IMG/VR virus record: IMGVR_UViG_3300033463_000081
Coordinates: 14,375 to 78,374 of that record
Source: a virus
Taxonomy: Duplodnaviria; Caudoviricetes
Direction: 5' to 3' (one strand)
DNA: 64,000 bases
Shown here: positions 39,085 to 48,095 of the stretch, piece by piece
How positions within the stretch are numbered: position 1 is the stretch's first letter
Layout of the letters: every line of letters begins with the position of its first letter
The notes under the pieces: generated by a model
Database searches by the model: none
Seen by the model: the letters and a program-made list of their open reading frames with translations, nothing else
What the model was told of the DNA's origin: nothing
Made by a program: the position numbers and the translations under genes

Positions 39085-39356
39085 TCTCCCGCCTCCTCTA
39101 TCAGCCAGTCAAGCCAACAGCCCGCGCACCCACTCTTACGGCATTTGCAGTTTGAATCGGGGCATAGACCGTATTCACCATCGTTTGTGATTTCCCCCAA
39201 GAACTCGGACATCTCCGCCGGGGTCATGGAGATGAGCCTATCATAATTGGTCGGCTTCTTCGGCTCCCAGTAATCACAGTTGGCCCGATTGCAGATATAG
39301 GCGTGATGGTAACTGTCATAGTAGGCAATGCCGCCGCACTTAGGACATATCTTCAT
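39081..39356 (-). CDS. TN(A/G)D-x-IR family paralog 4
   Basis: TNYDRLISMTPAEMS...CWLDWLIEE. Confidence 0.6.
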   Translation of the reverse strand: MKICPKCGGIAYYDSYHHAYICNRANCDYWEPKKPTNYDRLISMTPAEMSEFLGEITNDGEYGLCPDSNCKCRKSGCAGCWLDWLIEEAGE

Positions 39357-39550
39357 AATTCATCCTCGCTTGGCATGAACTCATAACAATCCAACGGATT
39401 GTCGCAGTATTCGTGACCGACAAAGCAATCGGCGCACGGGATACAGTCTTTTGGACAGGCGTAGTTGTATGCGTCATTGTCCTCATTGTGTGCGCATACA
39501 CGGCAGATGCAGTCGGCGCAGGATTCATCGCCCATAACGATATTACTCAT
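39353..39550 (-). CDS. Small Cys-rich protein
   Basis: CADCICRVC...CIPCADC. Confidence 0.5.
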   Translation of the reverse strand: MSNIVMGDESCADCICRVCAHNEDNDAYNYACPKDCIPCADCFVGHEYCDNPLDCYEFMPSEDEL

Positions 39551-39755
39551 GTTTCTTCCTCCATGTAATACTCGATATGTTTATCCATGTGGCAGTCCCA
39601 CTCATTCCGATATCTCCTTTGATACATTGGAAAATCGAGCCATATCAAACAATTTTTGGAGTCTTTCGATTTCCTCATTCCACTCTTCAACGAGCCTATT
39701 AGCCTCTGCCTCATCATGGCACAGAATTGCGGAGAGAAATAAATCCCTTAATCCG

Positions 39756-40031
39756 TCAAGCATTGGATACCTCCTCTTTCAGCCACTTAATCCAACATTC
39801 ATGGCACTCAATATTCGGGCATTCCCATTTCGTCCATTTCACCCACGATGGACAAATACCAGCCGAATTAAGTGTCTTCGCAATATCTTCATCAGAAAGA
39901 GAACGGAGCCGGTCGCCGTTGGTCTTGACCACATGATAGGAAATCGTTCCAGACTCCAAGTCGCAATCATAGTGGTCAATCTTACCGTGGATAGGCGCAG
40001 GATTCGTGGGGTTGGGATATTCGTTACTCAT
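39756..40031 (-). CDS. TN(A/G)D-x-IR family paralog 5
   Basis: TNGDRLRSLSDEDIA...CWIKWLKEEV; start ATG 40031. Confidence 0.6.
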   Translation of the reverse strand: MSNEYPNPTNPAPIHGKIDHYDCDLESGTISYHVVKTNGDRLRSLSDEDIAKTLNSAGICPSWVKWTKWECPNIECHECWIKWLKEEVSNA

Positions 40032-40239
40032 TACGGCACAGCTCCTTTGGATGAAAATCAAAGCAGTTTTCCGAGTGTTCATACTTCAGGTCTTCATCGT
40101 CAAGGTGTCCATACAAGACGCAGTATGGTTCGGCATTGTAATCTCTAACGCAGCTAACACAGTCCAAGCAAGTCATGTTCTTCTTTTTCCTTTCTTCATG
40201 TTCCATCCATGCAATCATTAATTCAGCAAAATCATTCAT
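40024..40239 (-). CDS. Hypothetical protein
   Basis: Coupled small ORF, CLDC motif. Confidence 0.5.
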   Translation of the reverse strand: MNDFAELMIAWMEHEERKKKNMTCLDCVSCVRDYNAEPYCVLYGHLDDEDLKYEHSENCFDFHPKELCRNE

Positions 40240-40448
40240 TCGCCCTCATCCACTGCACACGCATTACTCGCCCAAGCCGGACAACAGATGCACTTACGCT
40301 CGTATTCGTCATACATTCTGTTCCATATGCCGGTACAAAAGCACCGCTTATCTTCAGGGCCAAACTGTCCGCTGTCGGGACGACCGTACTTTTTACAATC
40401 ATCGTCAAGAGGTTTCCCCCGCATCTGCGCTCTTGTTTTTCGCTTCAT
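40236..40448 (-). CDS. Hypothetical protein
   Basis: Coupled small ORF. Confidence 0.5.
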   Translation of the reverse strand: MKRKTRAQMRGKPLDDDCKKYGRPDSGQFGPEDKRCFCTGIWNRMYDEYERKCICCPAWASNACAVDEGE

Positions 40449-40738
40449 TCATCTACCTCTTTGGGAACAACAACAGGAGATTCTCGATATATCTTTTGCA
40501 TCTCCCGTGCCGCTTCCCACTGACTGCCATACGCTCTATCAGATGCAATCGCCAAAATATCATAAGCGTATTCATCAGCCACATCCCTGTCTATCAAATC
40601 CCCATGCGGCGGGAGTTCAACGGACTCATATTTCTTATAACCATTTTTCCATGTGGTGCTTACAGTTCCGTCGGGATTGATTTTCACCAACAAAGGTTCG
40701 TCTTTCGGCATTTTTATGTTTTTAATCAGTATGCTCAT
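40445..40738 (-). CDS. Hypothetical protein
   Basis: MSILIKNIKMPK...PHGDLIDRD pattern. Confidence 0.6.
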   Translation of the reverse strand: MSILIKNIKMPKDEPLLVKINPDGTVSTTWKNGYKKYESVELPPHGDLIDRDVADEYAYDILAIASDRAYGSQWEAAREMQKIYRESPVVVPKEVDE

Positions 40739-40897
40739 ACTTTTTCCTCCATCCTTACCGGGTTAATCGTGTTCGCCCACAGAGATACGCCACACACGGG
40801 GCATGTGATGTGACAGAGACTTACCTCACACGCTTTGTATTGGATGCGTGACCCACACTCACGGCAAGTGACCTCGTACACGGGGACGGGTTTTCTC

Positions 40898-41251
40898 TCA
40901 ATCACTTCCATCGTTCACCTCTTCCGGCCGCGCGGGAATGGGCATCCAGTAGATAACAGTTCCCTCCCAATAATCGCCGTTGTTATCATCAAATATAGGC
41001 TCTCCATCTCCATCAAGCCCATAGTACGTTGCGAGAAACATATCATACGCATCCGTAAAGCACAGAACATCGTGGAACTCTTTGGGAAGTTCCTCGCTTA
41101 TGGATATCCACTTGGGAATTTGCGTGGTCAGTTCCTCTATGGCGTCTGCGGCCTCATACATAAGGTCTGTCCAACATCCGTCCGTGTCTCGCTCATTGCA
41201 TTTACCGCCCGCACATACACGGAGCTTTTCCATCAGTTCCTCGTTGGTCAT
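40898..41251 (-). CDS. AADAIEEL + DUF551-like protein
   Basis: AADAIEEL...WISISEELP...VLC...VIYWMPIP. Confidence 0.7.
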   Translation of the reverse strand: MTNEELMEKLRVCAGGKCNERDTDGCWTDLMYEAADAIEELTTQIPKWISISEELPKEFHDVLCFTDAYDMFLATYYGLDGDGEPIFDDNNGDYWEGTVIYWMPIPARPEEVNDGSD

Positions 41252-41745
41252 TCTTCTCCCTCCTCTACCTCTTTCTTTTCGTACCGGCTACAGGCGGCTG
41301 TGTTCTCATAGCAGAGGTCGTGCTTCAGGTCACAGCAGAGGCTCCAGTCACCCATGCCCATGTAGTGTTTGCAGGACGCACAGTAACGGGGGAAACCGGG
41401 GAGTTTCTGCCAGTGCGTGACAACTCCATCCCACTGATACTCATCGTTCTCGAAGATGGGTACTCCGTGCTGAAACCCGACAAACCATCCGATGTAGATT
41501 TCATCGTCATCGGCGTAGAGCAGGACGTGTTCGCCCTCTACCGGGAACTTCTCGCTGACGGGAATCCAACGTGGGACGTTGTTCAGGTAGTGTTTCCACG
41601 CCTCCTGCGCCTCACCAACGGCGGACTCTATTGCTTTCGCCGCCTCGACCATCAGACTGTGGTCTTCCAATCCGCCCGTCTCCTGTATGCACACACGGCG
41701 GTTACGGAGCCTTCGGCAGAGGGCGGCGTAGTAGGTATCTGTCAT
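41248..41745 (-). CDS. DUF551-like protein with Cys tail
   Basis: WIPVSEKFP...VLL...VTHWQKLP. Confidence 0.7.
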   Translation of the reverse strand: MTDTYYAALCRRLRNRRVCIQETGGLEDHSLMVEAAKAIESAVGEAQEAWKHYLNNVPRWIPVSEKFPVEGEHVLLYADDDEIYIGWFVGFQHGVPIFENDEYQWDGVVTHWQKLPGFPRYCASCKHYMGMGDWSLCCDLKHDLCYENTAACSRYEKKEVEEGEE

Positions 41746-42074
41746 ATGATTCGGTCATCCCTTCCGTTGATAACGTCCGAGATGGCGTTCATGCTCCGGG
41801 TAAGACCGTTGACGATGTGGCCGAGCATGACATCACGGTTCTCCAGCTTAGTCTGAAGAGCTTCTATGGCATCGGCGGCGGCGAGAACCATAGCCGTTTC
41901 ACAGGTGGTGTAGTCCGTGTAGATTTCTTCACCGTGCTCATCACGGACAACCTTTATCTTGTCCTTGAACATGCAGTGGTCACAGTCGCAGATGGTGGCA
42001 TCTTCGACACGCTCTCCAACGCTTTCATCCCAGCAGTCACGGATACACCGTACCAGTTCAGAATAGTCCGTCAA
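41742..42074 (-). CDS. AADAIE family hypothetical
   Basis: MTDYSELV...AADAIEAL. Confidence 0.6.
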   Translation of the reverse strand: MTDYSELVRCIRDCWDESVGERVEDATICDCDHCMFKDKIKVVRDEHGEEIYTDYTTCETAMVLAAADAIEALQTKLENRDVMLGHIVNGLTRSMNAISDVINGRDDRII

Positions 42075-42433
42075 TCCTTATCTCCTTTCTTTTCACGGCG
42101 GCGCAGGACAGCCCTGTGCGCCCACACATATTCACAGAACGGCTCCCAGTTCATGCGAACCTGAGAGTACACGTCCACCTTCTCGGAATTAAACTTATCC
42201 CAGTGCGGCCAGTGGTCGATGACGACTTCCCACTCGCACTTGCTCCAGTAGTAATAGAGCAGGTCTTTGCGCATCTGTTCGCAGAAGAGGTCACGCTCGG
42301 TATCCTTATATTTCCGGGCGGCTTTCTTCAGACACTCCAAGAAATACCCATGATTGAAGACGTTGTGGATTTTTATCGTCTTTGCGTTGGAGTCACCGAT
42401 GTAGACGTTCCATGTGAGTTCAGTTCTGTCCAT
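42071..42433 (-). CDS. Hypothetical protein
   Basis: YYWSKCEWEV...KVDVYSQV pattern; start ATG 42433. Confidence 0.6.
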   Translation of the reverse strand: MDRTELTWNVYIGDSNAKTIKIHNVFNHGYFLECLKKAARKYKDTERDLFCEQMRKDLLYYYWSKCEWEVVIDHWPHWDKFNSEKVDVYSQVRMNWEPFCEYVWAHRAVLRRREKKGDKD

Positions 42434-42623
42434 AATTCTTTTCCCACCATTCCTTTGCTTTCTCCGGGGTGTCGAACTTGAGGTCATCCATGTACAACGC
42501 CTGCGCTACCCACGGCTCTCCGTAGGCGTAGCCGTCAGCCAACATGTTTCCCTCTTCGTCCTGAATGTAGTTGACGTAGAGCATAAGCTCGGTGCTGTTA
42601 TCTCCGTATGTATTCTTGGGCAT
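42420..42623 (-). CDS. Hypothetical protein
   Basis: TAATG coupling to the ASCH gene. Confidence 0.5.
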   Translation of the reverse strand: MPKNTYGDNSTELMLYVNYIQDEEGNMLADGYAYGEPWVAQALYMDDLKFDTPEKAKEWWEKNYGQN

Positions 42624-43102
42624 TATTCGTCCACCTCTTCCACATAAAACCATGACTGTGGGGGTCTTGTAATGCTCACCAAATGTGACCACATTCCACT
42701 TTCCTCCCATCTCTTTAGGCTTTCCAAGGGCTTCATTTCTTCGTATATCTTCAAGTCCGAAATGTGCCAGCCGTAGAGCGGCTTCCCCTTGGCGTACTCA
42801 TAGAGTTCTTTCGGCTTGACAAGGCTTCCAGCGGAAAGTTCAGCAAAGTCGGTGCGGCACGGCATATACTGTTCGCACCAATCACACACGAACTCGCCAA
42901 TAACATAACCCGAAAGGAATTGTGTTGCCGAATCTGCGCCGTCTTTCGTACAGTAGATGTAGCACTTGAATGGACGCTCCGCTTTAGGCCCGGTCTTCCG
43001 CACCTCCATGCTCTTTTCCCCGGAGGCAATCAGTGCGCACCACTTTGGCTTGATACTGATGAGAACCGCATTATTCATGGTCATATCTCTTTCCATCTGC
43101 AA
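42623..43102 (-). CDS. ASCH/PUA-like domain protein
   Basis: VLISIKPKWCALIASGEKSMEVRK signature. Confidence 0.8.
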   Translation of the reverse strand: MQMERDMTMNNAVLISIKPKWCALIASGEKSMEVRKTGPKAERPFKCYIYCTKDGADSATQFLSGYVIGEFVCDWCEQYMPCRTDFAELSAGSLVKPKELYEYAKGKPLYGWHISDLKIYEEMKPLESLKRWEESGMWSHLVSITRPPQSWFYVEEVDE

Positions 43103-43311
43103 CTGTCACAGCTTCCAACGTGCGCCTGCCTGTACAGACCGCATTTCTCGCACAGGAAATTGCGGCAGTCCAAAAGTTTCTCGTACAGTTCGCTGATGGC
43201 ATCGTCAGCCGTCATAAGGAGCGCAACGGTTTCTGCGTTCTCGGAGAACTTGAACGGCATAGCCTGCGCTTTTCTGCGACAGCTATCCGCCAGACCTATG
43301 TAGTCTTTCAT
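43081..43311 (-). CDS. AADAIE-like hypothetical
   Basis: LLMTADDAISEL...CEKCG. Confidence 0.55.
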   Translation of the reverse strand: MKDYIGLADSCRRKAQAMPFKFSENAETVALLMTADDAISELYEKLLDCRNFLCEKCGLYRQAHVGSCDSCRWKEI

Positions 43312-43544
43312 GCGTGTGCCTCCATAGCGGAATAAATCTCGTCGGGCAACTCTTTGACCATGACCGAGCCGTTAGTAAGGCAGACGAGGGAGACTGGAAT
43401 AGCTTCTGTCACTGGGGCGCTCGGATGCTTTTTCAGGCGCTCAACGGATACGATGTGGTTGGGGTTGACGTAGACCTCTTTCGGCCCGTACATCTTTTGC
43501 TGGGCATCGTAGTAGAATGAGTGCAGGAGAATCAGCGGCGGCAT
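43308..43544 (-). CDS. FlbD-like small protein
   Basis: VYVNPNHIVSVE...VCLTNG..MVKELPDEI resembles the FlbD pattern. Confidence 0.45.
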   Translation of the reverse strand: MPPLILLHSFYYDAQQKMYGPKEVYVNPNHIVSVERLKKHPSAPVTEAIPVSLVCLTNGSVMVKELPDEIYSAMEAHA

Positions 43545-43741
43545 CAGGGTTCCTCCTTGGGGCGGAAAGCGCCCAAAAAATCCTCCGTGGTCGTGACCAC
43601 CGTGACGAAGAACGCCTCGTCCGGGGTGATGTTGGAGATGCCAATGGAATCGTACTGCTCATGTACGAACTTGGCGATGATGTCGAACGCTTCCGCCTTT
43701 ATCTCCTGCGAGGACGCTCCGAATGTGAACTCCTTATTCAT
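43544..43741 (-). CDS. Hypothetical protein
   Basis: Coupled small ORF. Confidence 0.5.
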   Translation of the reverse strand: MNKEFTFGASSQEIKAEAFDIIAKFVHEQYDSIGISNITPDEAFFVTVVTTTEDFLGAFRPKEEP

Positions 43742-43839
43742 TTTCTTCCTCCATTTCTTTTTCTTCCATGTGTCTGATGTGTATGTTGATGAACACGGTT
43801 GTGCAGATTCCTATATATGCTATGAGATATTTGCCGAAC

Positions 43840-44154
43840 TCAATCAGCCACCGCATCGGATTCCCCCTTCTTCATCATGCCGTTGGCACGGTTCCTGTAC
43901 TTCTGCGGCAGGTCAAGCACCGTGATGAGGATGTAGTCCTCGGAGAAGACCCACACCTTTTCGCTCCAGACCCGGATGATGACCGGGCGTGAGTTGCGGT
44001 GCGAAACGTAGTCGAGGTAGCGGCGCAGACCGCCGTGGGTATCGTCACGGGCTATTCCGTTGTCCAACGCTTTCCTTGCCAACTTCTGTACGGCGCTTCG
44101 GTTGACGCCCACACGCTTCCGTGCGCGTTTGTCACCGTGGCGTGTGATTATCAT
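43840..44154 (-). CDS. Possible RelE/BrnT-like fold protein
   Basis: MIITRHGDKRARKR...WVFS...LITVL pattern. Confidence 0.4.
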   Translation of the reverse strand: MIITRHGDKRARKRVGVNRSAVQKLARKALDNGIARDDTHGGLRRYLDYVSHRNSRPVIIRVWSEKVWVFSEDYILITVLDLPQKYRNRANGMMKKGESDAVAD

Positions 44155-44696
44155 GAATCACCCACCGCCTTGTTGATGCGGTCGGCAAGGGCTTGCAGTT
44201 CCGCCAACTTTTCCAGCGGCTTGTACCATACTGCATCGTCATTGTCCCATGCCCATACATCGCCCTCGTGAAGCTCTCCGTACAGACCGTCACAGTCCAT
44301 ACCGCACCATAATTTAATCCACCGCACAAACCGCTCGGCTTTCTTACCGTCGAGTATTTTCATGTACATGATGGATTCTTCCCACTGTTCCGCGGTGGGT
44401 TTCTCTATGAAATTCAGGTTATCGTCAAAGGCGGCGACAGCGCCCATGTTTCTGTAGCATTCGTCCTCATAGGCAATGCAATCCGCCTCATTGTCGAACT
44501 CCGTTTCGTCAAAGGCGTAATATGTTTTCTCAACTCTCATGGCATCTTCTCCCCTCTTATCTCGGAATTTGTGTGTCCTGTTCTCTATGCACCACGGACA
44601 ACTGCCGTGGTTTCTGCATGTGCAGTCTATGGCTTTCGCCCCACGGTAGGGCTTGCGCTTCTCCTTGCCATGCTCTATGGCTTTGTCAAGGCTCAT
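44151..44696 (-). CDS. Hypothetical protein
   Basis: CRNHGSCPWC N-terminal module joined to an acidic module. Confidence 0.55.
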   Translation of the reverse strand: MSLDKAIEHGKEKRKPYRGAKAIDCTCRNHGSCPWCIENRTHKFRDKRGEDAMRVEKTYYAFDETEFDNEADCIAYEDECYRNMGAVAAFDDNLNFIEKPTAEQWEESIMYMKILDGKKAERFVRWIKLWCGMDCDGLYGELHEGDVWAWDNDDAVWYKPLEKLAELQALADRINKAVGDS

Positions 44697-45031
44697 TTGG
44701 CATACCTCTCATCCGTATATGGATAGAGCGGCTGTCCGCAAAACGGGCAGAATGCCCAGTTCTCCTGCCCTCGGCATTCGTCATCATCACTGAACAGAAA
44801 AGCGCCACAGATTGAACACGCATAGCTCTGCACGTTGTTGATGACGAGTACGATTTCAAGCATCACGCCGCCCTCCTTTCATTTGTCCAACTCTTCCAGC
44901 TTTGCAAGGATGAGACAAGCCGTTGTCAGTTCTACCGCGTGTCTCGCACCGCTGATATCGCCCTTGATAAGCAACACAGTCGCAAAGATGAGTTCCGCCA
45001 CCGCCCAAATCGTGTACCATGTCTTCATCAT

Positions 45032-45241
45032 TTACGCCGCCCTCCTGTTCCACTTGGCAATCGCTCCCGCCGGGTCATGGCTCCAGTTGATGTAGCATCC
45101 ACAGGGAACGCACCCGACCCATCCGTGGCGGAACATTCCCCGGAACTCTCTGACCTCAGACTTTCCGCCACAGTGCGGGCAGTTTTCTACATGTTCTCCG
45201 ACGAGAACGAACGATGTGTCCTGTTTCTTTTTCTTGGACAT
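45032..45241 (-). CDS. Lar-family restriction alleviation protein
   Basis: CPHCGG...VGCVPCG...AIAKWNRR; start overlaps the recombinase stop. Confidence 0.7.
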   Translation of the reverse strand: MSKKKKQDTSFVLVGEHVENCPHCGGKSEVREFRGMFRHGWVGCVPCGCYINWSHDPAGAIAKWNRRAA

Positions 45242-46179
45242 CACTGTGCCTCCTTTCTGTTGAACACGTTGGCCACCGCCATTGCCGGAGCGTTCACACT
45301 GAAGCGGGCGGCGTATATTTTCGTTGTCGCAACACTGCTGTGGCCCATCGTCTCGGAGATAAGCTCCATCGGAACATCGTTCTCCAAGAGGACGGATGCG
45401 TAGCAGTGACGTGCTGCGTGGGATCTGCAGGATTTCTCCTCGCCCAGGACAGCCTTGGTGTAGTGCTTGATTCGCTCGGAAAGTTCTATTCTGGACATCG
45501 GATTCCATCCGCCCTGGGCGTTCACCGATCCGAACAGCCAATCATCATCGGAAACCCAAGAGGGACGAAGACCGCTCTCAAGGTACTCACGCACGGCGTT
45601 CTGAGATGCCTCGGAGAAGACCACGGCGCGGGGCTTGTCTCCCTTGGTGTCCTGCGGATACGCCACACCGTTCTCCCAGTCCAGGTCGCACAGCCGGAGC
45701 GAACGAATCTCGCTGTTCCGCAACCCGGACTGGAGAAGCATGGTGACCTCGGCTTTCTCACGCAGCCACTTGGAAGACCGTCTTCCGAACTTGGGCTTGT
45801 CGCAGGTGATCAGGGCTTCGGCGTCCTCGTCCGTGAGGACGTGTTCATAGGGTTTGTTGCGCTCCACGTTCAGCTTCTTCTTGGGAGGCATCAGGGTGTC
45901 CAGGAAGAACGGCTTGTCCACGATGCCACACGCTACGGCGAAGTTCGACAGGCAACGGATGTGCGTGAGGTAGAGAGCCATAGTGGTTATCTTCACATCG
46001 GTGTCAAGCTTGAACCGCATCACGGCTTCCACGCCGATGTCTTCCGCACCGCTGCGCTCCATGCTCTCTCGGAGCATTCGGTACGTCCGGGCGTAACTGC
46101 TGATGCTGTTCTCGGACAGCTCGTTACGCTTCATGTTGTCCATGTACAGGCTCACAGCCCTGTCATACTTTTCAAACAT
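45241..46179 (-). CDS. Tyrosine recombinase/integrase 2
   Basis: GLRNSE, KGDK, HAARH, MGHSSVATTKIY; AAGGAGG RBS fits ATG 46179. Confidence 0.9.
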   Translation of the reverse strand: MFEKYDRAVSLYMDNMKRNELSENSISSYARTYRMLRESMERSGAEDIGVEAVMRFKLDTDVKITTMALYLTHIRCLSNFAVACGIVDKPFFLDTLMPPKKKLNVERNKPYEHVLTDEDAEALITCDKPKFGRRSSKWLREKAEVTMLLQSGLRNSEIRSLRLCDLDWENGVAYPQDTKGDKPRAVVFSEASQNAVREYLESGLRPSWVSDDDWLFGSVNAQGGWNPMSRIELSERIKHYTKAVLGEEKSCRSHAARHCYASVLLENDVPMELISETMGHSSVATTKIYAARFSVNAPAMAVANVFNRKEAQ

Positions 46180-46206
46180 CTTCTCGATGCCTCCTTTCTT
46201 CGTCAC

Positions 46207-46238
46207 TTAATAGTGAATAACAAGCCCAAAATATCAGA
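46207..46238 (-). promoter_or_regulatory. Phage early motif copy 1
   Basis: TCTGATATTT-TGGGCTTGTT-ATTCACTATTAA. Confidence 0.75.
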
Positions 46239-46414
46239 GCGCATATTGCACAAATTTCATCCGCCGTTTATGGCTGAGTTGACCAGACGAATGGCCTCAC
46301 GGATGCTCTCCGCGCTGACGGTCTGACTGAATACCTCTTGGTCTCCATATTCGGTGGTAAGGAATACTACTATGGTGTATTCTTTCTTCACCGTCTGATT
46401 CTTCTGTAGTCCTT

Positions 46415-46738
46415 TCAAAATGGCATGAACATCTCCTCTCCGTCAAAATTCTTTATGATTTCCTGCGAAACCGTGATAGTCCTCTTCTCCACAGTGCCGA
46501 TGACTTTGGCGGGCGGATAGTAGCCGCCGTTGGCAACGCAGAGGATTTCGGTAAAGCTGTCAAGGCTGTACCAGTTGTCGCAGAACGCCGTGACGATGTG
46601 CTCACCCCTACGGTCTTCCACGCACAGCTTATCTCCGGCGGTCACCTGCACGTTGGCGGGAAGCTCGTACAAGAACGCACGGCTGTCTGACTCGTGATGC
46701 TTGCAGTACACAAGGTTGTGGTGCTTCATTCTCTCCAT
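46415..46738 (-). CDS. Hypothetical protein
   Basis: GGAGG RBS; coupled. Confidence 0.55.
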   Translation of the reverse strand: MERMKHHNLVYCKHHESDSRAFLYELPANVQVTAGDKLCVEDRRGEHIVTAFCDNWYSLDSFTEILCVANGGYYPPAKVIGTVEKRTITVSQEIIKNFDGEEMFMPF

Positions 46739-47109
46739 ACCTCCATTTGTTTTTGTTCCAGATATTCTTCAATCTGACGCTGCAGCTTGACTACGGATGA
46801 ACCGTGACGGCGCATACACGCAAGGTCTGCCAGTATCTCCAGCTCGTCCTCGGAACCTCGAAACTTGACGTACAACTCAGCCAGTTCTTCCAAGGTGTAT
46901 CCGCCAAGCTTTGAGGAGAATGTCCGTGCGGTGCTGCGTCTTTCCGATGGGGTTTGTGACAGCGGAGCGAACATGTCCTCGTTCCGTTGGGCGCGACCGC
47001 GGAGCGTGTTGTATCTCACCCCAATCATGCGGGCGAAATCCGCAAGGGTCATGAGTGTTCCGTTGTAGTTCACCCAGTATTTGTTCTTGAGTGTGCTGAT
47101 GTTACTCAC
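46726..47109 (-). CDS. HTH DNA-binding protein (NUMOD/HNH-associated-like)
   Basis: YNGTLMTLADFARMIGVRYNTLRGR; GTG start at 47109. Confidence 0.55.
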   Translation of the reverse strand: MSNISTLKNKYWVNYNGTLMTLADFARMIGVRYNTLRGRAQRNEDMFAPLSQTPSERRSTARTFSSKLGGYTLEELAELYVKFRGSEDELEILADLACMRRHGSSVVKLQRQIEEYLEQKQMEVWRE

Positions 47110-47159
47110 CGTCCTTTGGCGGCATATAATAACATCCCGTGTCAAGTGGATTTGGGCAT

Positions 47160-47191
47160 AAAAAAAGAACCGCACGTTTCCGTGCAGTTCT
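47160..47191 (-). terminator. Terminator after 47213-47809
   Basis: GAACTGCAC-GGAAAC-GTGCGGTTC then TTTTTT on the minus strand. Confidence 0.7.
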
Positions 47192-47212
47192 CGATGATTG
47201 TTGTGTGGATTT

Positions 47213-47809
47213 CTACTTGAGGTCTATCTTAAACATGCCATATCCTATGCCGTGTTCCGTTTTGAACTTTACCCTGTCGGACAGCAGACGAAGGTCATAT
47301 ATTTTTTTCTCTTCCTCTTCCGTAAGCTTGTCGGTGAAGAACGCAATCTTCAGCTGCGCAAAACTCCATGACAGATCTGCGGGGATTCCCATGAGAACGA
47401 TGTCTTTGTTTCCATCGGACAGTTCCTTGCCTATCCTCGTCATCTCCACGGCCCTAGCCACGTCCGTCATCTTCGGCTCTTCCGGCCTGTTCTGCTCTAT
47501 CTCTTCAAGACTCTTTTGCACAAGCGAAAACAACGCCTCGTCCGAACCCAAGCCAATCTCGGCCAGGTGTTCCTTTATCTCCGCCCCGGTCGGCACTGGG
47601 TCTTTCTCTTTATTGAGGCGCAGCGCATTGTCCACGCTCAGTTTCACTCCGTCTCTTTCACATTCTTCCATCGTGCAGGCGGCGAAATCTATGTCAAGTT
47701 CATCCGTAATATCCGGGCGCTCTTCCATAATCTGATTCACATATTGGCGAATCCCGTCATATCTCGGATGTGCAAAATATTTCTTCAGTTCTTTCTTTGT
47801 CATTTTCAT
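47213..47809 (-). CDS. Stand-alone hypothetical protein (moron-like)
   Basis: Own promoter and terminator; AAGGGGAG RBS. Confidence 0.7.
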   Translation of the reverse strand: MKMTKKELKKYFAHPRYDGIRQYVNQIMEERPDITDELDIDFAACTMEECERDGVKLSVDNALRLNKEKDPVPTGAEIKEHLAEIGLGSDEALFSLVQKSLEEIEQNRPEEPKMTDVARAVEMTRIGKELSDGNKDIVLMGIPADLSWSFAQLKIAFFTDKLTEEEEKKIYDLRLLSDRVKFKTEHGIGYGMFKIDLK

Positions 47810-47824
47810 CTCCCCTTTTATATA

Positions 47825-47859
47825 ATAATAGTGCCTTGACTCAAAAGAATCAAGGCACT
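47825..47859 (-). promoter_or_regulatory. SigA-type promoter embedded in a 10-bp inverted repeat
   Basis: TTGATT-N17-TATTAT; AGTGCCTTGA-N10-TCAAGGCACT. Confidence 0.65.
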
Positions 47860-47861
47860 TT

Positions 47862-48095
47862 TTAAATCTCTATGGTATACCCAAGCATGGACAGCTTGCA
47901 AATCTCCGTGACCAGACCGTAGCTCACGAAGTTCTTTCCGGCGTCTGGGTGTTCCGCATCCGCCACGAACCTGGTCGAAAGGTCAAGTGACCAGCTGTTC
48001 GTTTCCTCGTCCCACAGCACGAGTTCGTATTTCTCCTCGCCGCTTTCCGTGCCGTCATCGTAGCGCACCCACGCTTTCTTCACAGCTTTTGCCAT
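47862..48095 (-). CDS. Hypothetical protein
   Basis: GGGGA RBS; coupled. Confidence 0.55.
   Translation of the reverse strand: MAKAVKKAWVRYDDGTESGEEKYELVLWDEETNSWSLDLSTRFVADAEHPDAGKNFVSYGLVTEICKLSMLGYTIEI

Noticed and set aside
47151-47158. GCCCAAAT match to the recombinase-island site
   Set aside because: Only 8 bp, opposite orientation relative to TTGACA, and lacks the TCAACTTT half; likely chance
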